Virus record (IMG/VR): IMGVR_UViG_3300010052_000175
Coordinates: 1 to 36,156 of that record
Strand: one strand, 5' to 3'
DNA from: a virus
Lineage: Duplodnaviria; Caudoviricetes
Length of the DNA stretch: 36,156 bases
In this document: piece after piece, positions 25,764 to 33,377 of the stretch
How positions within the stretch are numbered: position 1 is the stretch's first letter
Layout: every line of letters begins with the position of its first letter
Position numbers and translations under genes: made by a program
The notes under the pieces: model-generated
What the model was told of the DNA's origin: nothing
The model's database searches: none
Seen by the model: only the letters and a program-made list of their open reading frames with translations

Positions 25764-26065
25764 CGCTGCGCGATCCCGTCGCCATCGCGCGTGCCGTCGT
25801 TGCCGATCGGCACCGCCTTTTCACCGTCGCCACGAGCGACATGCTGGCCATCTGCCAGGCGCTGCTCGACGCCGAGGAGCGGTCGCAAATTTCCGACGAC
25901 CTCGCCGGCGCCGTCCGCGCGCTGATCGATGCCGAGGCAGCACACACCCTCGCCAAGGGGCCGGACGGCTACGCCCCGCTCAAGGTCGGGCTCGCCCGCG
26001 AGCTGGCCTTCCACACCTTCAAACGCATCTTCGAACAGGAGTTTCCAAATGGAAGCGACCAGTAA
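25760..26065 (+). CDS. hypothetical protein
   Basis: ATGA coupling. Confidence 0.7.
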   Translation: MTLRDPVAIARAVVADRHRLFTVATSDMLAICQALLDAEERSQISDDLAGAVRALIDAEAAHTLAKGPDGYAPLKVGLARELAFHTFKRIFEQEFPNGSDQ

Positions 26066-26714
26066 CTTCGTGCCCGCCGAGATCCCGAACGGCGTCGTCC
26101 AGGTCGGTGATCAGAACTACATGCCCGACAGCCGCGGCGCGCTCGTGCCCCTCGCCCTCGTAAAGCCAGCCGACAAGCTGCAGGACGAAACGGTCCGCAA
26201 GGTGATGGGCTTTGCAATAGCTCTGTCTGATCAGATCGAGCGCTTCAAGGCGCACTGCATGGCGGACCTCGCCGACCTCGATCGCCTCCTCGAGCAGGAA
26301 TACGGCCTGGTCAAGCGAGGCAACAAAGGCAAGGGCAACCGGACCTACATGACAGTCGACACCCTTTTTAAGGTCACCGTCCAGGTAGCCGACTTCATCG
26401 ACTTCGGGCCGGAGCTGCAGATAGCGAAGTCGCTGCTCGACGAGTGTCTGACGGAATGGTCGGCGGACGCCCGGCCCGAGATCCGCGCCGTGGTGACCCG
26501 CGCCTTCAACACGGACAAGGAAGGCAAGATCAACCGCTCGGAGATCTTCATGCTGCTGCGGCTGGAGATCGACGATCCCCGGTGGCGCCGGGCGATGGCT
26601 GCCATCACCAACGCCATGCGGGTGGTGGGGCGGAAAGAGTACGTCCGGTTCGGCATGCGGGCGTCGACAGAGGCGGACTGGCGGTCGGTGACGATCGCCC
26701 TGGCACAGGCCTAA
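26049..26714 (+). CDS. DUF3164 family protein of Mu-like phages
   Basis: YMPDSRGALVP...KLQDETV...KGN...IDFGPELQIAKSLLDECL...AFNTDKEGKIN; RBS AGGAG. Confidence 0.9.
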   Translation: MEATSNFVPAEIPNGVVQVGDQNYMPDSRGALVPLALVKPADKLQDETVRKVMGFAIALSDQIERFKAHCMADLADLDRLLEQEYGLVKRGNKGKGNRTYMTVDTLFKVTVQVADFIDFGPELQIAKSLLDECLTEWSADARPEIRAVVTRAFNTDKEGKINRSEIFMLLRLEIDDPRWRRAMAAITNAMRVVGRKEYVRFGMRASTEADWRSVTIALAQA

Positions 26715-26725
26715 GGGAGGATCGG

Positions 26726-26851
26726 ATGGACAAGAACCGTCACTTCCCATGGGTCCTGGCGTTGGTGCTAGCCGGCGTTGTGGTGCTGCTCAATCTCGGC
26801 TGGTTCGCGTGGCTTGCCATTGAATGCGCCGGCAAGGGCGGGAGCTGCTGA
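26726..26851 (+). CDS. 41-aa membrane protein MDKNRHFPWVLALVLAGVVVLLNLGWFAWLAIECAGKGGSC
   Basis: RBS GGGAGG; TM helix; TGATG coupling. Confidence 0.7.
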   Translation: MDKNRHFPWVLALVLAGVVVLLNLGWFAWLAIECAGKGGSC

Positions 26852-27141
26852 TGCGAAGCGACACCCGCCTGGAACTCATCCAGCTAATCGAGCTCATAGA
26901 GTCGAGGCTCGAGCAACTCCCCACGCTGAAGGTCGAGAACATGTCGGAGCGCCGGTTGGCCATCCGCGATCTGCAAGACTTCCTCATCGAAACAGAGGGC
27001 GCGCGCTTCGGCGAGATCGGCACCAGCACAGCGATGACGCTCGCGGGCCTGCGCAGCAGCAGCACGATCGACCCGGCCATGGCGTTGAAGAACTGGTGCT
27101 TTGCGGCTCGCCGCCGCGTCGGGTTTGGAGCTGGCCTATGA
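26851..27141 (+). CDS. hypothetical protein (MRSDTRLEL...)
   Basis: Coupled ORF; AMTLAGLRSSST...ALKNW motif. Confidence 0.7.
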   Translation: MRSDTRLELIQLIELIESRLEQLPTLKVENMSERRLAIRDLQDFLIETEGARFGEIGTSTAMTLAGLRSSSTIDPAMALKNWCFAARRRVGFGAGL

Positions 27142-27505
27142 ACGCGCTGGCCCACACTCACACTGCCAAGACGGCTCGCCTCTCGCTGCCCCGGCTACCG
27201 CGTACGAGGCGGCTGCGCGATCAGGGGTTCTTCGTTCAGCGGAGATCATCAACGCCAGTAGCGATGCCCGGCGCGCGCTCGTGTTGTTGCGCCTGCCCGA
27301 CGCGCTGCTGTTGCAGAAATCAGAGGCGCTCATCAGCGCTTGCCAGAAGGCCGGCTTCAAAATGGGGCTGCTGTTCATCCACATGCGGATTGCATCACTG
27401 AGCGCGATCCGCCTGCCGAACGGACAGCTGCCCGACCACCATCGGGCCACGCTCGACCTCTGGACCAACGGGCTAACCGCTCTTGCCGAGGGAGACTCCC
27501 GATGA
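27138..27505 (+). pseudogene. hypothetical gene with apparent frameshift near its start
   Basis: RBS plus ATG at 27138 is in a different frame from the protein-like body ending at 27505. Confidence 0.5.
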
Positions 27506-27774
27506 GTTGGCGCGAGAACTGCGAACTCGTGGTGGCGCAGATCCATGCCACGCTCCCGGCAGACGCCGACCTCAAGACGAGACGGAGGGCGCTGAAAGGC
27601 AAGGGATGGCCCGCCCATCAGGGCACAGCATGGGGCCGCAAGATGTGGGGCCGCGTCGTTCGGGAATACCTCGCACGACACGGGGCCACCGCAAGCCTGC
27701 CGACCGAACTTCCGCTGACGCAACTGGATATGGCCAACGCCGAGTTGAGGGCGCGGCGGGGAGCGGCATCATGA
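27502..27774 (+). CDS. hypothetical protein (MSWRENCELVV...WGRKMW)
   Basis: ATGA coupling on both sides. Confidence 0.75.
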   Translation: MSWRENCELVVAQIHATLPADADLKTRRRALKGKGWPAHQGTAWGRKMWGRVVREYLARHGATASLPTELPLTQLDMANAELRARRGAAS

Positions 27775-28400
27775 GCCGGTCGATCGCAGCCATGCACGTT
27801 GCCAAGAAGCAGCTCGCCCTGGACGATGACACCTATCGTGCGGCCCTGGTGCAGATCACCGGCAAGTCGTCCTCGGCCAACATGACCGAGCTCGAACGTC
27901 AGGCGGTGCTCGAGCACTTCCGCGCGAGTGGCTTCAAGGGGGCTTCGACAGGTCGTCGAAAGCCACTTGAAGGGAAGTTCGCGCCGAAGCTGCAGGCCCT
28001 CTGGATCGCTGGCTGGAACCTCGGCCTGGTCCGCGATCGCGATGACCGCGCGCTCCTCGCCTTCGTTCGGCGCCAGACCGGCATTGACCATGTCCGGTTC
28101 CTTCGGCATGGGGCCGACGCGATGAAAGCGATCGAGGCCCTCAAGGGCTGGCTCGAGCGTTCCGCCGGCGTCGACTGGAAGGAGCATCAGGACCCAGCCG
28201 ATTGCGTCCTGGCCGCCCAAGTGCGGCGGCTGCGGCTGGAATGGGAGCGGAACTGCAACGCCATCACCGGCTTGCCGATCCTGATCGACACCGTCGCCGG
28301 CCACGACATCGCGAGCTTTCCCACGATGTCGGCCGACACCCGGCAGGCCACGATGAACTCCCTGGGCGAGCGCATTCGCTTCTTGTCGGAGGGGCGCTGA
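27771..28400 (+). CDS. gemA: Mu gp16 / GemA family protein (DUF1018)
   Basis: MHVAKKQLALDDDTYRAAL...TGKSS...KLQALW...ALLAFVRRQTG...IEALKGW. Confidence 0.93.
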   Translation: MSRSIAAMHVAKKQLALDDDTYRAALVQITGKSSSANMTELERQAVLEHFRASGFKGASTGRRKPLEGKFAPKLQALWIAGWNLGLVRDRDDRALLAFVRRQTGIDHVRFLRHGADAMKAIEALKGWLERSAGVDWKEHQDPADCVLAAQVRRLRLEWERNCNAITGLPILIDTVAGHDIASFPTMSADTRQATMNSLGERIRFLSEGR

Positions 28401-28624
28401 TGACCGGCTTCGTCGCGCGCCAGCAGCAGCTAGTGCGACACCTCAAATGGGGACCATCGCGCGGCGAGAAACGCCGCGCGTATGCCCAGGAGTTGCGTGC
28501 TCTGGTGCGCGAAGAACTGCAGCGTGAACTCGCTGTGAAGTCGGCACTTCCACAGCGCCCAGACGATCAGCAATCCGAGCCGACTTTGTTTGGTCGGCGC
28601 GCGCCCTGGTGGGTCGACCAATGA
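28400..28624 (+). CDS. hypothetical protein (74 aa)
   Basis: Coupled on both sides; WWVD C-terminus. Confidence 0.7.
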   Translation: MTGFVARQQQLVRHLKWGPSRGEKRRAYAQELRALVREELQRELAVKSALPQRPDDQQSEPTLFGRRAPWWVDQ

Positions 28625-28965
28625 TCCCCGCACACGTCGCTCCCTACGTCGAAGCCATCGGCCCAGATAAGGCCGTCGCCCTATTCCTCGCCCTAGGCGG
28701 GTCGCAGGTCTACCTGCCGCTGCGATCGGGGGCGGATACGCCCGCCGCAAAGGCGATCGGCGCGGAGTCTGTCGAACGTCTTGCGCAGGCGATGGGGCAC
28801 GGCTACATCAAAGTGCCGCTTGCCCGCCAGTGGGTCGCGAAGTCCCTGCGCGATGATGGGGTGAGCGACAACAAAATTGCCAGCATGATCGGCGCCGATG
28901 TCGCCACCGTCCGCCGCTGGCTCGGCCCGCGATCCTCCCCCAATCAGTTGAACCTCCCGCTGTAA
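28621..28965 (+). CDS. Mor/C-family transcription activator
   Basis: EAIG...LGGSQVYLP; C-terminal HTH SDNKIASMIGADVATVRRWL; just before lysis promoter. Confidence 0.85.
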   Translation: MIPAHVAPYVEAIGPDKAVALFLALGGSQVYLPLRSGADTPAAKAIGAESVERLAQAMGHGYIKVPLARQWVAKSLRDDGVSDNKIASMIGADVATVRRWLGPRSSPNQLNLPL

Positions 28966-29014
28966 CACCCGCGCGGGTGCGCGGATGCTTTAGGCCCGCG
29001 CGCCCGCGCACATT
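28966..29014 (+). promoter_or_regulatory. late promoter copy 3 (lysis/packaging operon): CACCCGCGC-N5-CGCGGATGCTTT-N17-CACATT
   Basis: Same layout as the two leftward copies; near-perfect dyad. Confidence 0.75.
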
Positions 29015-29066
29015 GCTCCCCATGAAGCGCGCCACGTCGGCGCGCCATTTCCTTACGGGGTCAGCG

Positions 29067-29549
29067 ATGAAGGGACGTACGATCGGCCTAGCCGGCGCCA
29101 GCGCCGCGGTGGTGCTCACCGTCGCTGCCGCGTTCATCCAGCCCTGGGAAGGGCGCGAGCTCGTCGCCTACCAGGACATCGTCGATGTCTGGACCATCTG
29201 CGACGGCGACACCAACAACGTGAAGCCGGGCCAGGTCGCAACCAACGCGGAATGCGATCAGCGTCTGCTCAATAACCTTCGCCTCTACAGCACGAAGATG
29301 CGCGCCTGCATGACGCGGGAGGTGCCGACCAAGGTCGAAGCCTCCTTGCTTGAGCTCGCCTACAACGTGGGCTGGGGTGCGTTCTGCAAGTCGACCCTGG
29401 TCAAGCTGTCGAACGCCGGCGAGCTTCGCGCCGCGTGCGACCAGCTGTTGAAGTGGGTGCGAGCGGGCGGCGCGGTAGTGCGCGGGCTGGAGCGGCGGCG
29501 AGCAGCCTCGCACGCGATGTGCCTAGCCGGTGTCAGGGAGAGCCGCTAG
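29067..29549 (+). CDS. SAR endolysin, GH24 lysozyme (alternative start 29022)
   Basis: Ala/Gly-rich SAR segment then WEG...YQDIV...WTICDGDT (E-x8-D-x5-T), AYNVG, GLERRR. Confidence 0.93.
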   Translation: MKGRTIGLAGASAAVVLTVAAAFIQPWEGRELVAYQDIVDVWTICDGDTNNVKPGQVATNAECDQRLLNNLRLYSTKMRACMTREVPTKVEASLLELAYNVGWGAFCKSTLVKLSNAGELRAACDQLLKWVRAGGAVVRGLERRRAASHAMCLAGVRESR

Positions 29550-29935
29550 TGCCGCCCCTCCTCGGCACCATCCTGAAGGTGATCGGGCCGGCCGGCGCGA
29601 TGCTCATCGCGCTGCTGGCCTACAACGCCTTCGTCGACAATCCGCAGGTGGCGCGGCAGGCGGCGCTCGCCGAACGTCACCAGCTCACCATGAAGTTCGT
29701 CCGCGACGTTGAGCAGGCAGTCACCGCTGAGCGGGCCCGCCAGCGGGCCGTGATGGACGACGCCATCCAGACTTACGAGGCCGCTCTTGCCGCCGGTGAA
29801 GCCGCGCGCCGTGCAGCCGCCGACCAGTCAGACCAGGAGAGAGCCGACCATGAACTGGAGCTCCGCGGCCAGGGCCGCAGCTTTGTTGTTACCGATGATG
29901 ATTTTGACTGGCTGCGCCGCAAACCGGGCCGGTGA
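29549..29935 (+). CDS. i-spanin (Rz-like)
   Basis: N-terminal TM then Ala-rich coiled coil, after endolysin. Confidence 0.75.
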   Translation: MPPLLGTILKVIGPAGAMLIALLAYNAFVDNPQVARQAALAERHQLTMKFVRDVEQAVTAERARQRAVMDDAIQTYEAALAAGEAARRAAADQSDQERADHELELRGQGRSFVVTDDDFDWLRRKPGR

Positions 29936-30194
29936 TGCGCTGCGCCAGGAAGCCGGTGCACGCCAGGGAACCGTCAATGCCGGGGTCACCATCGCACCCC
30001 AGCCGCGCGAGTGCCGCGAGGCATACGAACTGCTACCGCGCAAAGACCTGGTCGGCCAGGAGGCCCTGATCGGTATCGACCGATACGAGGCCTACATCAC
30101 GGTGGAGATCAACCCGACGAAGCGTCGGTGCTGGCAGCTCAACGAAGACATCCGCACCGGTCTCCGTGGCGAAAGCAACGGGCGGCAGCAGTGA
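29850..30194 (+). CDS. o-spanin lipoprotein (Rz1-like)
   Basis: Lipobox LTGC; overlaps i-spanin 3' end in another frame. Confidence 0.8.
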   Translation: MNWSSAARAAALLLPMMILTGCAANRAGDALRQEAGARQGTVNAGVTIAPQPRECREAYELLPRKDLVGQEALIGIDRYEAYITVEINPTKRRCWQLNEDIRTGLRGESNGRQQ

Positions 30195-30406
30195 TCAATC
30201 CGGGCAATCGCGCCATCGAACTGGCCGAGCAGCGCACCGAGCAAGAGCGCGACGCGGCAGTCTCCCGCACCGTGGCGGCGCTGGACGGCGCCGGGACCGC
30301 GGACTGCATCGACTGCGGGGAGGCGATCGACCCGGCACGCAAGGCGGCGCTGCCCTCGGCTTGTCGCTGTTTCGACTGTCAGAGCCTGCGGGAACGGGGG
30401 AACTAG
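30191..30406 (+). CDS. TraR/DksA C4 zinc-finger protein
   Basis: CIDCGEAIDPARKAALP...RCFDCQ. Confidence 0.9.
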   Translation: MINPGNRAIELAEQRTEQERDAAVSRTVAALDGAGTADCIDCGEAIDPARKAALPSACRCFDCQSLRERGN

Positions 30407-30409
30407 CCG

Positions 30410-30832
30410 ATGGATTTCTACACCATGCAGAGCATCATTGGGGTTGTCGTTCCGGTGATCTCGGTGGTCGCCCCGTTGGCCGGTGCGATCTACACCTGGA
30501 TCGCCACGAAGAACGCAGCGGCTCGCAAGGAAATTGCCGACCTGGCGAAGCGCCTCGACACCATCGATCTGCAGCTGTTGGCGGCCGCTCACACGGCCGA
30601 GGCCCTCGCTTCCGCGGCAGCCAGCCTAGCCGACCATGACAGGCGCATCAGCCGGGTCGAGAACGATCTCCAGCACCTCCCCAGCAAGAACGAGATGCAT
30701 GACCTGCAGCTAGTAATCGTGCGGCTCGAGGGCACGGTCGGTCGGCTCGAGGAGAAGGTCACGGGCATCGGCCACACGGTCGGAAACCTCGACAACTACA
30801 TGCGCACTGAGGGCAAAGGGGCAGCCGCATGA
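30410..30832 (+). CDS. Mu gp25-like DUF2730 membrane protein
   Basis: TM helix, then RISRVENDLQHLPSKNEMHDL; position before gp26. Confidence 0.85.
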   Translation: MDFYTMQSIIGVVVPVISVVAPLAGAIYTWIATKNAAARKEIADLAKRLDTIDLQLLAAAHTAEALASAAASLADHDRRISRVENDLQHLPSKNEMHDLQLVIVRLEGTVGRLEEKVTGIGHTVGNLDNYMRTEGKGAAA

Positions 30833-31134
30833 ACTACGAAGAACATCTCACCCAGGACGCCCGATTGGTGATCCTGAAGGAGCTGGCGTCACAGGCCGAG
30901 CGCGGAGACGGTCGCCTCAACGAGGTGCTGCTGGAGAAGGTGCTCGACGTGTTCGGGCATCGTCGGTCGCGCGAATGGATTAGAACCCAGCTGCGCAAGC
31001 TCGAGGAGCTGGGCGCCATCCACATCAACGAGGCCGGAACGGTGCTGGTGGCGACGCTCACTCGCTCCGGCCTCGACCACGTCGAGCGCCGTTCCTTCAT
31101 TGACGGCGTGCTCCGCCCCTCGCTGGGGAGCTGA
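30829..31134 (+). CDS. Mu gp26-like winged-helix protein
   Basis: DARLVILKEL...LNE..L...ATLTRSGLDHV...GVLRPS. Confidence 0.88.
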   Translation: MNYEEHLTQDARLVILKELASQAERGDGRLNEVLLEKVLDVFGHRRSREWIRTQLRKLEELGAIHINEAGTVLVATLTRSGLDHVERRSFIDGVLRPSLGS

Positions 31135-31137
31135 CAG

Positions 31138-31725
31138 ATGGAGGAGGTTGAGCGCAAATCGCGTCGGGGACGGGGGCGGCTTTCCCGTCTCGATATGTTG
31201 CCCGAAGAGGCGCAGCTCGACCTGCTCTGGCTGAACCAGGAGTTGCGAGCCAACGAGCGGCCGCAGAACGAACTGCTCGATCTCTTCAACATGCGGCTCG
31301 CCGTCCATGGGATTGAGCCCGTCAGCAACGGTTCGTTCTCCCGCTACTCCGTGCGCAAGGCCATCCAGTTCCGCGAGCTCGACGAAACCATGCGGCTCTC
31401 GCGCGAGCTGGTCGACGTGCTAGGAGCCGACAGCGCCGACAAAATGACCATCACCGTAGCTGAGATGATCAAGGTCGCGGCGGTGAAGCTTGTCGAAACC
31501 GAGGGAGCGAAGCTCGCTGCCAAGGACCTGATGGAGCTGGCGCGCGCAGTCCAGTCCGCCACCGGCGCCCAGAAGCAATCTGCCGAGTATCGACGCCAGC
31601 TCGAGCGCGAGTTTGAGAAGCGTATCGAACAGGCAGCCGATCGAGCTGAGACGGTGGCGCGCGAGGCGGGCGTGTCCGCAGACGTCATCGCGGATCTCCG
31701 TCGCAAAGTGCTGGGGCTGAGCTGA
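31138..31725 (+). CDS. Mu gp27-like DUF3486 (terminase small subunit)
   Basis: GRGRLSRLDMLPEE, VSNGSFSRYS, GVSADVIADLRRKVLG. Confidence 0.9.
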   Translation: MEEVERKSRRGRGRLSRLDMLPEEAQLDLLWLNQELRANERPQNELLDLFNMRLAVHGIEPVSNGSFSRYSVRKAIQFRELDETMRLSRELVDVLGADSADKMTITVAEMIKVAAVKLVETEGAKLAAKDLMELARAVQSATGAQKQSAEYRRQLEREFEKRIEQAADRAETVAREAGVSADVIADLRRKVLGLS

Positions 31726-33377
31726 TGCTCGGGGCCGCTCCTCCATCGGACACGTTGCCGACCGCAAGCCAGCCACCACCGCGCTCGCCGGTCGATGACC
31801 TTCTCCCCGGGATGCTGCCGCCGGCGGGCCACGATCCGCTCGCGGACGGCATCCTGATGCAGCACCAGAAGGACTGGTGCAACGACCACTCGCCGCTCAA
31901 GCTGGCTGAGAAGGGACGCCGGACCGGCTTCACCTATGCCGAGGCGCTCGACAGCACCTTAATCGCCATGGCCAGCAAGTCGGCCGGCGGCGAGACCACC
32001 TACTATATCGGCGACACCAGGGAGAAAGGCCTGGAGTTCGTCGCGACGTGCGCACGCTTCGCCCAGACGGTGGCAAAGGAACTGCTCGTCGTCGAGGAGT
32101 TCGTTTTCAAAGATGTCCAGGAAGACGGGTCGAGCCGCGACATCGCTGCCTATCGCATTCGGTTCGGGTCCGGCGAGCAGATCGTTGGGCTGTCCAGCAA
32201 TCCCGCTAACATCCGCGGTCTCCAGGGTCGCGTGGTAATCGACGAGGCGGCGTTCCACCGGAACGTGGCGGCGGTCATCGACGCGTGCAACGCGCTGCTC
32301 ATTTGGGGCGGTACGATCCGCATCATCTCGACGCACAATGGCAACCTCAACGCGTTCAACGAGCTGATCAAGGAAAGCCGCCAGGGCATCTACGATTACT
32401 CGATCCATCGGGCGACGTTCGATGATGCGGTCCGCAATGGGCTCTATGAACGAGTCTGCCTCGTCCGCGGGTGGACGCCCACCCCCGAAGCCAAGGCCGA
32501 ATGGTACCGCAAGATCAGGCGGTCATATGGCTCCCGCGTCGAAGCTATGCGGGAAGAGCTCGACGCGATCCCGCGCGAGGGCGATGGCGTCTTGTTGCCG
32601 CTCGCCTGGATCGAAGCCTGCAGCACCGCCGAGTACAAAGTCGCTCGATGGGAGCCGCCGTTTCCGGGGTTTGTCGACATGCCCGAGGCAGCTCGCCGAG
32701 GCGAGATGCTCGCATGGCTCGAGCGAGAGGTCGCCCCCGTCCTTTGGCGCTACCACAACCAGGGCCTGACGTGGTTCCTTGGTGGTGACTTCGCTATGCG
32801 GCAGGATCGGAGTGCCTTCCCGCTCGGCTTCGTTGGCCAGGACCTGAAGCGCCATGTGCCGCTCATCGTCGAGCTTCGCACGTGCCCTTACGACCAGCAG
32901 AAGCAGGCGCTGTTCTGGCTCGTCAGCCAAGTGGAGCAGATGGGTGCGTTCGCCAGAGGCGTTCTGGACGCCAACGGCAACGGCATGGTGCTCGCCCAGG
33001 AGGCGCGGCAGAGGTTTCGGTCCGACCGCATCGTCGAACTCATGCCTTCCGACGCCTGGTTGCGCGAGCATACCCCGCGGTTCCGGGCGGCCTACGAGGA
33101 TCGCACCATCTTGATCCCCGCTGATCTCGACGTGCGAAACGACCTGCGCCAGCTCCAGATCAGCGGGGGTGTCGCCAAGGTCCCTTCCGACATCCGCACG
33201 AACGGCTCCGATGGTGGGAAGCGCCACGGAGACGCAGCTGTGGCGCTGCTCAACTTCTACGCCGCCACGATGGGCGATGACCGAATGCCGTGGCGCCCCC
33301 TTAACGGGGCACCAGGTGGGGCCTCAGACAAACCCTACACCCAGCGCACCCTCGACGACGATTGGATACCTGCATGA
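31725..33377 (+). CDS. terL: Mu gp28-type terminase large subunit
   Basis: EKGRRTGFTY, NIRGLQG, VVIDEAAFH, IISTHNG, GGDFA, DANGNG, HGDAAVA. Confidence 0.95.
   Translation: MLGAAPPSDTLPTASQPPPRSPVDDLLPGMLPPAGHDPLADGILMQHQKDWCNDHSPLKLAEKGRRTGFTYAEALDSTLIAMASKSAGGETTYYIGDTREKGLEFVATCARFAQTVAKELLVVEEFVFKDVQEDGSSRDIAAYRIRFGSGEQIVGLSSNPANIRGLQGRVVIDEAAFHRNVAAVIDACNALLIWGGTIRIISTHNGNLNAFNELIKESRQGIYDYSIHRATFDDAVRNGLYERVCLVRGWTPTPEAKAEWYRKIRRSYGSRVEAMREELDAIPREGDGVLLPLAWIEACSTAEYKVARWEPPFPGFVDMPEAARRGEMLAWLEREVAPVLWRYHNQGLTWFLGGDFAMRQDRSAFPLGFVGQDLKRHVPLIVELRTCPYDQQKQALFWLVSQVEQMGAFARGVLDANGNGMVLAQEARQRFRSDRIVELMPSDAWLREHTPRFRAAYEDRTILIPADLDVRNDLRQLQISGGVAKVPSDIRTNGSDGGKRHGDAAVALLNFYAATMGDDRMPWRPLNGAPGGASDKPYTQRTLDDDWIPA

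Noticed and set aside
33325-33373. Fourth late-promoter copy before the portal (CACCCAGCGC...)
   Set aside because: Second block and spacing do not match; portal is ATGA-coupled to terminase
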